NCBI GenBank assembly: GCA_028826165.1 | Contig: JAPDFW010000064.1 | Span: 124,001 to 188,000, forward strand | DNA: 64,000 nucleotides | Direction of reading: 5' to 3' | Origin: Anaeramoeba ignava BMAN | Taxonomy: Eukaryota > Protista > Anaeramoebae | The notes under the pieces: model-generated | Database searches by the model: none | What the model saw: only the letters and a program-made list of their open reading frames with translations | What the model was told of the DNA's origin: nothing | In this document: positions 31,601 through 43,817 of the stretch, piece by piece | Numbering within the stretch: position 1 is the stretch's first letter | Layout of the letters: each line of letters opens with the position of its first letter | Program-made: the position numbers and the translations under genes

Positions 31601-34049
31601 TTAAATAATGAATCAAATTACAATTCATTACTTCCTCTTCAATTTGGAAATCCTTAATAGCTTTCAAAAGAAAATTCATCCCCAAATCAAATAATTGAAA
31701 CTCTAAATGATTTGCAGTAAATTTATCAATTAATCCATTTTCTTGAATCATTGAATTTGAAGAAGGAGATTCAATACTGATGATTTCATCAGAAATTGAT
31801 CCAAAATCAAAATAATTAGTATTGTATCTATCATATAACTGGTGTTCATAAACCATAAAAGGTTGCTTGTTATATTTTGTGATTTTAATTTCATTGTTTG
31901 GATCGTTTCGGAAAATCCCAAGGTTTGGAAGTGATAAAATTGGTGGTTTGAAAAAACTAAACAACAACTTTATAATTCTAACTTTATCCTCTCTCGAATA
32001 AACCCCAATAGTCAATAAATTTTCCAAAATATCTAAATGAGTTAATAATAAATCATATTGTTTTCTTGTAAAAAGAAAATATTTTTTAAGATTTAACATT
32101 TCTTCAAAACAATCTAAATCAAAAATGAATCAAAAATAAATTTAAATGAGAAAAAACAATTCTTTGATATTTATATTTGTATATTTTGATACCAATTAAT
32201 GAAGAAACTAAATGTTGGTTTTTAGATTTGATAAGAAATTCACGAGGAGGAAGAATATCACGTACTTTAAAAAACTTAGAAATTATATCCAAAATTTGTG
32301 TTTGAATAAATTGGACCATAAAAAGATTATTAATAGCAACTTCTGGATCATTTTTCTAATTTCAATATAAATAAAATTAATATTGATATTATTATTATTA
32401 TTCTCCTTTTTTTTTTTATAAAATCTACTCTTTGAATTTGAATAACTTTAATCATTTCCGTTATTGAAACGAGATATGATATTAATATTTCTAAAATATT
32501 AAAGCAAGCCAACATGTATCTGTTGTATTTTGATCTTGATATGATTGAAATGACTTGAAGTGAAATAAGAGCAGTTAAATCATCATTTTTTTGAGAATTT
32601 TTTGTATTTTCATTTTGTTGAATAAGAAATTGTTTATAACTTTGAATAAATTCATTTCTGATTTTTTCTTGATCTTTTTCTTTTTGTTGATTTGATTCAT
32701 TTTCATCTTGTGATGTTTCTGAAGTTGTTTCAATAGTAGTATCTGATACAAAAAGAGCTTTAATTTTGGAATTTTGTTCAACACTTTCTTCATTAGAAGA
32801 TAAACTTGATGTTTGAATTTTGTGTTTATTGTTATATGATTGGATTGTTAATAAATTTCTTTTTTCAGAAGGTGAATTTTCTTGATTTTCCTGACTATTT
32901 TGAGATTCAGCATTACGAATTACTCCTAAATTTTGAATTTGAATTTGAATTTTATAAATGAATTTTAATTTTAATTTTATAAATGAATTTTAAATTTATA
33001 AATGAATTTTAATTTTAATTTGAATTTTAAATTGAATTTTAAATTGAATTTTAATTTTAATTTGAATTTTATAAATGAATTTTAATTTTAATTTAAATTT
33101 AAATTTTAATTTGAATTTTAATTTTAATTTTAATTTTATAAATTAATTTTAATTTTAATTTTAATTTGAATTTTAATTTTAATTTTAAATTTATAAATGA
33201 ATTTGAATTTTAATTTTAATTTTAATTTTAATTTTAATTTTAATTTTAATTTTATAAATGAATTTTAATTTTAATTTTAATTTTAATTTTAATTTTAATT
33301 TTAATTTTAATTAATTTTAATTTGAATTTTAATTTTAATTTTAATTTTAATTTTAATTTTAATTTTAATTTTAATTTTAATTTTAATTTTAATTTTAATT
33401 TTAATTTTAATTTTAATTTTAATTTTAATTTTAATTTTAATTTTAATTTTAATTTTAATTTTAATTTTAATTTTAATTTTAATTCAATTTTAATTTTATA
33501 AATGAATTTTAATTTTATAAATAAATTATATAAATGAATTTTAATTTTATAAATGAATTTTAATTATATAAATGAATTTAAATCGCGAATCAAATTTTGT
33601 TTACTTGAAAAAGAAGAAAAACAAAAACAAGCAATTGTAACAACAAAATGAATTAATTTTAAAGGGTGAGCAGAATGTTGTTTAATTCTCTCTTCAATTT
33701 CTTCATAAGTAAAACCCAATTCATAATAATGACCTGCTTTTTTTTCACATTTATCTTTATCATTTTTAGAATTATAAGGATACCATTCAGAATAAGCTTT
33801 TATAAATAAAGGAGAGAATATTTTCATTCTATCAATAATTTCAGTCTAATTTTTTAAATTAAATTTTTTTAATTAAAATTTTTTTTCTTTTTAAATTAAA
33901 ATTTTCTTTTGTTAATTTACTCCTCGAAGATTAAAAGATAAACCTTTCCAAACTTTTTGAAGTCTTTCATTATCTTGGAAATAATTCTCTTCTAAATCTT
34001 CATTTTTTTTATCTAATAATTCTGTAAGTTTTGTGTAAATTGTACTCAT
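22606..34049 (-). CDS. Giant BEACH-domain protein (LYST/neurobeachin-like: ARM-like, ConA-like, PH, BEACH, WD40)
   Basis: BEACH motifs [58 protein letters not shown] and WIDLIFGYKQ. ConA-like GFTFCTWFK; C-terminal WD40s. Three 5' introns. +1 frameshifts at ~32123, ~25730 and ~22770. Confidence 0.92.
32930..33565. repeat. (AATTTT)n microsatellite in BEACH intron 2
   Basis: Direct hexamer array with occasional ATAAATG interruptions. Confidence 0.93.
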
Positions 34050-34521
34050 TGATTTAATTATATCTTTTTTTTTTTTTGTTTTTTTTTTAAATTCTGTTGT
34101 TTTAATTGAATACAAAAATAAAAATAAAAACAAAGAAAAAGAAAAAAATGAAAATTAAAAAATTAAAATTTTTTAAAAAATATTAAAGAAGAAAAAAGCA
34201 AAAATATTTTTGATATTTTTTTTTCATTTTTCTTTTTCTTTTTCTTTTTTTTTTAAAATAAGATTAAAATAATAAAAAATGCCAAAAAAAAAAACAAAAA
34301 CATTTCTTTTCTTTTCTTTTTTTTTTTGGAAACTTTTATAATAAATTTGTTTTGTTTTTTTTTTGAAATAAAGTTGTTCACATTTCAATTCAGAAAGTAA
34401 AAGTTAAAATGATATTTTGTTATTTTTTTTTTGTTTTCAACTTTGAAAATTAAATCTACTTAAATGAAATTCAAAAAAAAAAAAAGAGAGAGAAATTAAG
34501 AAGAAGTTATTTTTGGAAAAA

Positions 34522-37500
34522 TTATTTTTTGTTATTCTCATTAATAAGTCTTTCTCTTGAAAGTTGTTGAATTTGAGTTTTAACAGCATCAATAACTTGA
34601 TAAAATTGATCTTTATCTCGACATTGAACATTTAATTCTTTAATTCCTGAAAAAGAAATAATTTTAAAAGAATAATCTAAAATGGAAATAAATTAAATTT
34701 TATAAATTAAATTTTTAATTTTATAAATTTAAATTTTAATTTTTTGATTTACTTAAAGATAAAAGCTCTTTTACAATCGCTTGATCAATTTCAATTAAAT
34801 CAACAAATTTAAATTTTCCTTTTTTCTGTTGTTTAGCAACAACAATCAAATCATTAAAAATCCACATATTAACATTAACACCTTTAGATTTCTGATAAAT
34901 TTTAATATTTGGATCTTCAAGAATCAATTTTCGGTTTGAATTTGGAAGAATAACATGTTTTTCAATTCCAACAATTTTGGAAGCAATTTCACCCAATGAT
35001 TTTTCACTATCGCTTTGCTTCTTATTTTTATTAACATAACCAGCTACTTCTTCAAGACGAAGATAAGCCTTAGCAAGATCTTGATAATCCTCATGTTCTG
35101 ATGAAGTGGATCTCAAGATTTCTTTGAAAAGTAGTGGATATTTGCAAATTCTTTGAATAGGTTTTATTAAGAAATCAAGTAAATCTAAACCTTTGCATTC
35201 TGTCAATTTTTCTTGGCAATCAGTTATATATTGTAAAAATTCAATTTTCTTTGATAATTTTGAAATTGCTTCGTTTGAAGTGTTTTGATTTGTGCAATAT
35301 TCCGTATAAACTCTCAAATCATCAGCAAAAAAAGAGAAAATTTTGCCAACATTAAGATTTTCTGGTTTGTTATTCATTGATTCCAAAAGTCCTTTCATCA
35401 ACGTAAAAAGTTTTTCATTTACTTCATGAACTCGTGAAATATTTCCAAAAATTTGGATACTTTCTTGTTGGGTAATCAACTGTTTTTTCAGCATTTCTTC
35501 CATATAGATTTTTTGGATTGTCACGAGATCTTGAACATATTCTTGTTCTGTATGAATTAATTCTCCAATTATCATTCCTCTTTTTTCTGTTTTAGTTGTT
35601 TCTCCTTTTGGTGCTTGAATTAATGTGTTTGAATTTGGATCGTTTACCAATTCCGATTCGTTTACTGCTGATCCTTGGATTCTTACAAAAAATACTTCTG
35701 TCAAATACCACCAAAATTGTTCGTGTTGATGTTGTGCTTTAAAAAGAAATACATATCGTTGTTCTGTATCTTCTGAGTATATTTCGACTGCATATGTAAA
35801 TTTAAGTTGGTTTGTGCGTATTATTCCATCTAAATCAAATAATATTAAATATCAAATATTATTATTAAATAAATAAATTTTGTTTTTTGTTTTTTGTACC
35901 GTTTTTTTCCTTGGATTCATCTTCCTTTTTCGATTTCATATCATCTTGATTTGGAGTAAGATTGCGAATAATTGAAGATGAATAATCAATTTTCATATCA
36001 AATTTCAATTGACCTTTTTTACCAATGTTAGCCAAAACCATCATATCATTAAACAGATAATAATGCTGATCAATAAGTTTCTGATTGGGATACATATATT
36101 TTTGAAGAACACCATCATTATGGAAAGATCTTGAAGGATGAACAATCTCCATATCTCCAAGTCCTTCAATATTTGATTGAATTTCAACAAGTTGATATTG
36201 ATTATCATATCTTTCAACTCTTGCAACCAAATTTTTATCTACAACATTTTCCAAAGTTTTGAAAAACGCAGTTATTTTTGGATAATCCTCATTTTGTCTC
36301 TCGATATCCTCCATGTAATCCTCAATCAAACGATGGAAAGTCTTGATATATTTCAACGGAATAATTATGAAATCAAGATATTCTTTTTCAATTTCTTTTT
36401 CGCATTTTTCTAATAAATCTTGGAAGTCTTCGTGATCCTTCTTCAATAAAATCATTGTGTATAAAGCATCATCATAACCTTCATGAACCTCCTTGAAAAG
36501 ATCTATATCATATTCTTTAAACGCATCTGAAATTTTCGGTCCGCTTTCTAAAATGGAGAGTAAACTCAAAGACGTTTTTTGAGAATGTCCTATCAATTCT
36601 TTTGTTTTTCCGAATAATGTTTCTAGTTGCCATTCCTGCAAAATATCTGCGTTTTCAAATGGTTGTAAAAATTTTTGATTGAATACTTCCATTTGATCGT
36701 GGAATTCCTTTTCGTTTTGTAGAATCTTTAACGGAATTGCTGGGAATTGTGAAATTTTTGAATAGTTTTCATTGTAATCCTTCTCAAATGTAATTGAAAT
36801 TGGATATTTGAGTTTTTTTTCTTCTTGATGGCTTTCTTTTTGATCTTTATCTTGGTTTTTATTTTTCTCATTTTTTGGTGATTTTTCAGTTTCTTTTGGA
36901 GAAATTAATACTTTTTGTTTTTCGGATTTTGTTGAATCGTGCTCATGATTTTTGGAAGGAATCAATTTGGAAAACACATTTTTGATTTTGGGTGTTTTTT
37001 TTGATTTTGATTTTGATTTTGTTTGTGTTTTTGCTTCATCAACATCAAGTGAATTGCTTCTTGCACGAATTTCTTGATCGTGTGATTTGTTTTTGATTTG
37101 TGGTGGCATAACTCCTATTTTTCCTTGAAGTTCTTGCTTTAATTTTTGTAAGTTGCCATGTGGAACTGAATCATGTCTTTTTCTTGTTTGGGTTTCTTGT
37201 GTTGTATTTGCTGAAGTTGTTAAATTTTTTATTCTTTCCGTTATTGAAAATTTTCTGTTCCTGGATGTTGAATTTAAATTATTTGGAAATTCTGGCACTT
37301 TGTTATCTTCTTTTCTTGGGCTATTTGGACGCATTAATTTGGGTTTTTGATTAACTGAAATTTTTTCGAAATTATTTTTCTTTTTTTGATTTTCATTTTT
37401 TTGATGTTCATTTTTTTGATGTTCATTTTTATTTTCATTTGATCTTTTTGATGAATCCATTAGCATATTAAGTGCATTTTGTCGAATATTTGATGATAAT

Positions 37501-38420
37501 TTTGTTTGTGTTAAATTAGAAACTCGACTTCCAAATTTTTTATGATGAAGAACTTGAGTTTTTCGAGTCATTTCATTTTTTTGCATTTTTTTAGTAGGAG
37601 AAGATAAGTTATTTGGTTCATCTTCGGGTAAAAGAAAAGTTGTAATATTTTTTTTATGTTGTGGACTGATATTATGTTCATTATTTTCATGTGAATCAAT
37701 TATTTTTGGTGAAATTGTTTGTAGTGATTCGTTTGCAGGAGGAGTGATTTGAGTAGGAGTTGTTTGAGGAGATGATTTTGCTGATGTTTGAATTGAAATT
37801 GTGAGTTCTTTTTTTGGGTTATCATTTTTGACATTTTCATTTTCATTTTTGACAATTTCTTTTTTAATATCATTTTCATTTTCATTTTCATTTTTAACAA
37901 TTTCTTTTTTAATTTCTTTATCATTTTCATTTTTGACATTTTTTTCCGTTTCGGTTTTCTTGTCAATTTCTTTTTTTTCTATTACTTGTTTTGTTGGTAC
38001 TCTTTTTTTTGGAATTATGTTTGCTAGATCATCTTTTTTGAAAACTGAACTTAAAAATTCTTCTGCAGAAAGAAGTTTTGGTCTTTGATTTAGTGAATTT
38101 GTTAGTACTTTTTTTTCAGCAAAATTTGCTCTTTGAGTTTTTCTAACAGGTTTTGAAATGTTTTGATTTGAAGAATTTTTGTTAATGTTATTTTCAATTT
38201 GTTCTTTTGGTGATTCTTTGTTAATGTTATTTTCAATTTGTTCTTTTGGTGATTCTTTGTTAATGTTATTGTCAATTTGTTCTTTTGGTGATTCTTTGTT
38301 AATGTTATTGTTAATGTTATTGTTAATGTTATTGTCAATTTGTTCTTTTGAGTTTTTTTCAATTTTTGGTAAAGGACGTGGTTTTATTTTTGGTAAAGGA
38401 CGTGGTTTTTTTGTACTCAT
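34522..38420 (-). CDS. Dbl-family RhoGEF with two tandem DH-PH modules and a long low-complexity N-terminus; 3 exons
   Basis: DH2: KRGMIIGELIHTEQEYVQDL, QIFGNI and LLDFLIKPIQRICKYPLLFKEILRST. Degenerate DH1: KILQNEKEF and DFIIIPLKYIKTF. PH motifs YYLFNDMMV and WIFNDLIVVA. Introns at ~35899-35830 and ~34751-34677. Confidence 0.92.
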
Positions 38421-39014
38421 TTTATTCTATTTAATTTTATTGAAGTTATTTTTTTTTTAATTGTATCAAAAAAATTAATAAAAAAAATTTTTTTTAATTT
38501 AAATTTTTTTTAATTTTTTTAATTTTTTAATTTAGATCAAAAAAAAAAGTTTTTTTTGCTTTGTTTTAGTTTTAATTTAAATTTAATTTTAAAATTTAAT
38601 TACACACTTATTTTTGTTTGTTTTGTTTTGTTTTGTTTTGTTTTGTTTTTATTTTTTTTTTTTTGATAATAGTTTCTAAATTAAATTTGTTTAAAAATAT
38701 CAATCAATCAAAAAAAAATTGGAAAATAAAAAAATCAAAAATAAAAGAAGAAGAAAACTAAAAAAGAAGAAAAAAATGAATTTTAAAATTAAAAAAAATA
38801 ATAAAAATAAAAATAAAAAAAGTTCAAAATGATCAAATAAAAAAAACAAAAAATTTACAATTACAATTAACCAACTTTTTATTTATTTTATTTATTTTTT
38901 TTTAATTAAAAAAAAAATTATTCTCTTTTCTCCTTTTTTTTTTTATTATTAAAATAATAAAATTAATTTAAATTTTTCTCAATCAATTTTACCATTTTAT
39001 TTTTTTCAATCAAA

Positions 39015-39325
39015 ATAAATTCTCAATTAAAATTAATTTTAGATTAATAAATTCCCAATTTAAATTAATTTTAGATTCATAAATTCCCAATTAAAATTTA
39101 ATTTTAGATTAATAAATTCCCAATTTAAATTTAATTTTAGATTAATAAATTCCCTAACTAAAATTTAATTTTAGATTAATAAATTCTCAATTAAAAATTA
39201 ATTTTAGATTAATAAATTCCCTATTAAAATTAAATTTTGGATTAATAAATTCTCAATCCAAATTAATTTTAGATTAATAAATTCTCAATCCAAATTAATT
39301 TTAGATTAATAAATTCCCTATTTAA
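39015..39325. repeat. 32-33 bp minisatellite, ~10 copies (TAATTTTAGATTAATAAATTCCCAATTAAAATT)
   Basis: Head-to-tail units with point variants and no spacers. Confidence 0.92.
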
Positions 39326-40310
39326 ATTAAATCAAAATTAAATCAAAATTAAATCAAAATTAAATTAAAATTAAATCAATATTTTAAAATTAATAAATTT
39401 AAAAATTAAATCAATTTAAAATTAAATAAAAATCAAAATCAAATTAAATTTAAATCAAATTAAATCAAAATCAAAATCAAAATTTTAAAATTAAATCAAA
39501 TCAAAATCAAAATTTAGTTAAATAAAAATCAAAAATTAAATTAAAATTAAATTAAATCAAAATTAATAAATCAAAATTAAATCAAAATTTAAAATTAAAT
39601 CAAAATTTAAATTTTAATAAAAATTAAATCAAAATTAAATCAAATTTAAATCAAAATTAAATCAAAATTAAATCAAATTTAAAATAAAATTAAATCAAAT
39701 TTAAATCAATTAATAAATTTAAATCCAAATTAAATTTTAAATCAAATTTAAAATTAAATCAAAATTAAATTAAATTTTAAATCAAAATTTAAATTAAAAT
39801 TAAATCAAAATTAAATTAAATTAAATCAAATTTAAATCAAATTTTAAATCAAAATCAAATTTAAATTAAAATTAAATTAAAATTAAATCAAAATTTAAAT
39901 CAAAATTAAATCAAAATTAAATTAAAATTAAATCAAAATTAAATCAAAATTAAATCAAATTTAAATCAAAATTAAATCAAATTTAAATCAAAATTAAATC
40001 AAAATTAAATCAAATTTAAATCAAAATTAAATCAAAATTAAATCAAAATTAAATCAAAATTAAATCAAAATTAAATTAAAATTAAATCAAAATTAAATTA
40101 AATCAAATTTAAATCAAATTTAAATCAAAATTAAATCAAAATTAAATCAAAATTAAATTAAATCAAAATTAAATTAAAATTAAATCAAATTTAAATTAAA
40201 ATTAAATTAAAGTTAAATCTAAATTAAAATCAAAATTAAATCAAAATTTAAATTAAAATCAAAATTAAATCAAATTTAAATCAAAATCAAATTTAAATCA
40301 AAATTTAAAT
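39326..40310. repeat. ~11 bp minisatellite (AAAATTAAATC)n
   Basis: Direct tandem array of ~1 kb immediately downstream of the ankyrin-BTB stop codon. Confidence 0.92.
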
Positions 40311-40336
40311 AAAAAAAATTGGTTTTATTCTTGTTC

Positions 40337-43300
40337 TTAATCTTTTTTATCCTCATTCTCTTCATTTTTCCCAACTTTCCAAAGCCAAAAATCAAAAGAA
40401 GAATTCATATTAAGTTGATAATAATCAGTTGCATCATATAAATCATTAATAACAAAATTAGGCAAATCAGGTTCCAAATTATCGAGATAAAGAAACCGAA
40501 TCAAAGCACGAAGAGCAAGAGGAGAAATATTCGAGTAATCATTCACTTGATTTGAATCATCAGAAACCAAAAGAAACATTCCTTTATATAAATCACTTCT
40601 TGCTCCTAAAATGAATTTGTGAACTTTTATTGGTTCATTTTGCGCAATGATAGTAAAATCTTTCGATTCTTCATCGTGAAACAATTTCTCCAGATCATTC
40701 AAGAGATTTTTCCTTGTGTTTAGTTTTTTGAAATCAAGCCCAATTTCTTGACACAAAATAGTGATTTTTTCAACTTTTTGTAAATCCGTTTTTCCAGTAT
40801 ACAAAAAACGAACAAAATCAACAACATCCTTCGTCAATTTAGATTTGAAAACATCGTGCATTTTTGGTAAAAACGAAGGACCAATTCGAAGAGTAATGAA
40901 AATTTTATGTAATCTTGTTGATCCATCAAAACAATTAATTTGATAATCAGTGAATTCGGAATTTTCATATAAAGCTAGTAAATCATCCGATAAAGAAGAG
41001 AATGAATCAAAGTAATTTCTGAGACGGTAGTTGACAAGATAGTCTGCAGGAAGTGCGTCTGTATCATTTTTACATTTGTAATCAGCATTGTTTTCAAGAA
41101 ACACTCTTAAAACTTCAAAATTAGGATTCATTCTTGCAAACATGTGAAGTGGTGTATCTCTCGAATTATTAAGTGCATTTAAGTCAGATCCATACTCAAT
41201 AAGAAGCTGCGCAACTTGATCCATGCAATCCGCAGAATTAAAAGACGCGGTGTGCAAGGGAGTGTTATTTCCTATATCGCACAAATTTGGATCATTTCTA
41301 TAATCCAACAGAATTTTTGTAATTTCAGGATTTTCACAAAATTGTGCTGCAAAATGAAGGAAGGATCTGCGATTAGAATCCATGCGGTTAATCTGTGCTC
41401 CTGATCTTAGGAGAAGATCAACCACTTTGGGATTTGGATTTTTCTGCATAAGAAGATGATGCAAAGGCTCCTTAAAATTTGAGAAACAGGAAGCATCAGC
41501 CTTGTGATTGATCAGCAATTCAAAGGCTTCCAAAGGTGCATTTGGATTGTCACAAAGCACATGAAGAGGGGAGTTGTGAGAAATATTGACGATGTTTGGG
41601 TTTGCGCCTTTTGATAAGAGTAGACGAAGTGAATCAAGATTAATATTTTGAAGTGAACATAAACCAGTTAGTAAAGTTTGTTGTCTTGTTAGTTCTTCAC
41701 ACAATGCACCATGGTCAAAAAGGAGTTGGATAACATCTGTGTCTCCGTGATTTGCGCACGCAATCAAAAGAGGTGTTCGCTTATTTTGACTGATTTGATT
41801 TGGATTTTGTCCCGATTCAAGTAAAATTTTCACTACATTATAACATCCTTTTCTTGCGCAAATATAATGCAAAGGACTCATTCCTCCCCATGTGAGATTC
41901 AGATGATCCTTCGGATTAAAAAGTGCTTCGATAATCTCCATTGAGGAGTTATTCTTAATTGCCAGTTCAAAAGGTGAGAATCCTGATCTGTTCTTTGTGA
42001 ATATGTTGTTTTTCGTTTCTAAGATTTTCTTCACAACTCCGATATTCTGATTTGGATCCATGCAGCAATGATGAAGCGCGTTATTGCCGTCAGCATCTTT
42101 GATTTTGGGGTCTGCACCTGCTTTAAGCAGAAAATCAACTGTTTTTGGATCAACCTGATTGTGACAAGCAATATGAAGTGGAGTTAATTTTGAGTCTGGT
42201 AAAGTTATGTTGAGATTCTGAATTTTTTCAACAATATAAAATATCGCGTCTGGATTCGTTTGGTATTCGCAAGCAATATGGAGAGGGGTATATCCCTGCT
42301 TGTTTCGGAGATTTACTTTGCTTCCTGCCTTGACTAGCATTTCAACAACTTTTGGATCAGGATTCATTTTGCAATTTGTATGAAGTGGTGTTTCCTTAAA
42401 GAAATTCAGCGAATTTACTCCTGCTCCATGTTGTAACATCAGTTTAACAGCTTCAGCCGTTGTTTTTTTACTGCATAAAAGATGCAAAGGTGTGTTTTTA
42501 TTGTCATTTTGTTTATTGATTTCTTTTCTTGATTTCCCAATTATGATCTTCAATACTTCCAAGTTTTGCGGTTGATATTCACATGCAATATGAATAGGAT
42601 GATTCTTAACTGTGTCTTGTTTGTGAAGTGCTTTTGGATAGCTATCAACGAGTATTTGAATGAATTGTGGCGATTCTTGATATCGCAATGCTACATGAAT
42701 TGGATATTGCAAACTTGAATTCCAAATGCTTGTTTTTGATCCTTTTTCAAGAAGTATTTTCAGTGTTTCAACATTTTTTGAATATTTACAAGCGAAAAAA
42801 AGCGCAGTTTCATCCTGGATTGTTTTGTAATGAATATCCGCTTTTTTCTGAAGAAGTAAATCAATGATTTTTGGATCAGCATCGTTTTGACATGCGTTCA
42901 TCAATATAGAATGTTTTTTACTATCAATAATATTTGGATCACTTCCATTTTCAAGTAGCATTTGAATGATTTCGTAAGAGTCTGAAAATATGTTTCCACA
43001 AGCGAGATTCAGCGGAGTCTGCCCGTCAAAATTCAGAGCATCTATCTTACTCTTTGCGTTTATCAGGCATTTTACGACCTCCTTTTTAGCCTTGAACTCG
43101 CATGCAATGTGAAGAGCTATACTATCATAACTATTCCCAATATTCACATCTGCTCCCTTTTGAATAAGCATTTCCACAGCTTCATATCCTGCATTCCACT
43201 GGCAAGAAAGATGAAGCGGTGTGATTCCTCGATTGTTTTTTCTGTTGATGTTGATTTTTCCCGTATTCATCAATAATTCAATGATTTTTGGATCTGCGTT

Positions 43301-43591
43301 GTATTGGCATGATAAATGAAGTGGATTGCTTCCATCGCTTGTTTTAGCTTCAATATTTACTCTTTGAATCAAGTTTCCAAACATGATTCTTCTTTCTTGG
43401 TTTTTTTGTTTTGTTTCATCATCTTCAAGATCTTCATTGTATTTTGATAGTAAATATTTCATTATTTTGGCACTTGCTCCCCATTGACATCCAAAAATTA
43501 ATGGATCTTCATATCCAACTTGTTTTATGAAATCTCGTAATGAAGAGAAATGTTCGTTTCCATATTTAATATTTTCTTCTTTTTCTGCCAT
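40337..43591 (-). CDS. Ankyrin-repeat protein (>20 repeats) with two C-terminal BTB/POZ-like domains; intronless
   Basis: Repeated TPLHxAC...LLxxGADxN units. C-terminal SLSDDLLALYENSEFTDY...LHKIFITLR and NLLNDLEKLFHDEESKDFTI...IKVHKFILGARSDLYKGMF. Confidence 0.93.
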   Translation of the reverse strand: MAEKEENIKYGNEHFSSLRDFIKQVGYEDPLIFGCQWGASAKIMKYLLSKYNEDLEDDETKQKNQERRIMFGNLIQRVNIEAKTSDGSNPLHLSCQYNADPKIIELLMNTGKININRKNNRGITPLHLSCQWNAGYEAVEMLIQKGADVNIGNSYDSIALHIACEFKAKKEVVKCLINAKSKIDALNFDGQTPLNLACGNIFSDSYEIIQMLLENGSDPNIIDSKKHSILMNACQNDADPKIIDLLLQKKADIHYKTIQDETALFFACKYSKNVETLKILLEKGSKTSIWNSSLQYPIHVALRYQESPQFIQILVDSYPKALHKQDTVKNHPIHIACEYQPQNLEVLKIIIGKSRKEINKQNDNKNTPLHLLCSKKTTAEAVKLMLQHGAGVNSLNFFKETPLHTNCKMNPDPKVVEMLVKAGSKVNLRNKQGYTPLHIACEYQTNPDAIFYIVEKIQNLNITLPDSKLTPLHIACHNQVDPKTVDFLLKAGADPKIKDADGNNALHHCCMDPNQNIGVVKKILETKNNIFTKNRSGFSPFELAIKNNSSMEIIEALFNPKDHLNLTWGGMSPLHYICARKGCYNVVKILLESGQNPNQISQNKRTPLLIACANHGDTDVIQLLFDHGALCEELTRQQTLLTGLCSLQNINLDSLRLLLSKGANPNIVNISHNSPLHVLCDNPNAPLEAFELLINHKADASCFSNFKEPLHHLLMQKNPNPKVVDLLLRSGAQINRMDSNRRSFLHFAAQFCENPEITKILLDYRNDPNLCDIGNNTPLHTASFNSADCMDQVAQLLIEYGSDLNALNNSRDTPLHMFARMNPNFEVLRVFLENNADYKCKNDTDALPADYLVNYRLRNYFDSFSSLSDDLLALYENSEFTDYQINCFDGSTRLHKIFITLRIGPSFLPKMHDVFKSKLTKDVVDFVRFLYTGKTDLQKVEKITILCQEIGLDFKKLNTRKNLLNDLEKLFHDEESKDFTIIAQNEPIKVHKFILGARSDLYKGMFLLVSDDSNQVNDYSNISPLALRALIRFLYLDNLEPDLPNFVINDLYDATDYYQLNMNSSFDFWLWKVGKNEENEDKKD

Positions 43592-43714
43592 TTAATTTAC
43601 TAATTTCTTTTTTTTTTTTGAAAAGAAAAAAAATGAAAAAATGAAAAATGAAAAAAAAAAAATCAAAAAAAATCGAAATTCTCAATTTAAAATTCATTTA
43701 AAAACCAATCTTAA

Positions 43715-43782
43715 AATAAATTAATTAATCAATCAATCAATCAATAAATTAATCAATAAATTAATTAATTAATTAATCAATT

Positions 43783-43817
<35 letters not shown>

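Noticed and set aside
25650-32099. Possible TAA/TAG-to-Gln reassignment suggested by mixed AATCAA/AATTAA repeats
   Set aside because: Multi-kilobase frames contain no in-frame TAA or TAG despite the extreme AT content, and conserved proteins end at TAA, TAG and TGA at the expected positions.
39015-39325. 32-33 bp repeats of CRISPR-like length
   Set aside because: Units are head-to-tail with no unique spacers, there are no cas genes, and the context is eukaryotic. It is a minisatellite.
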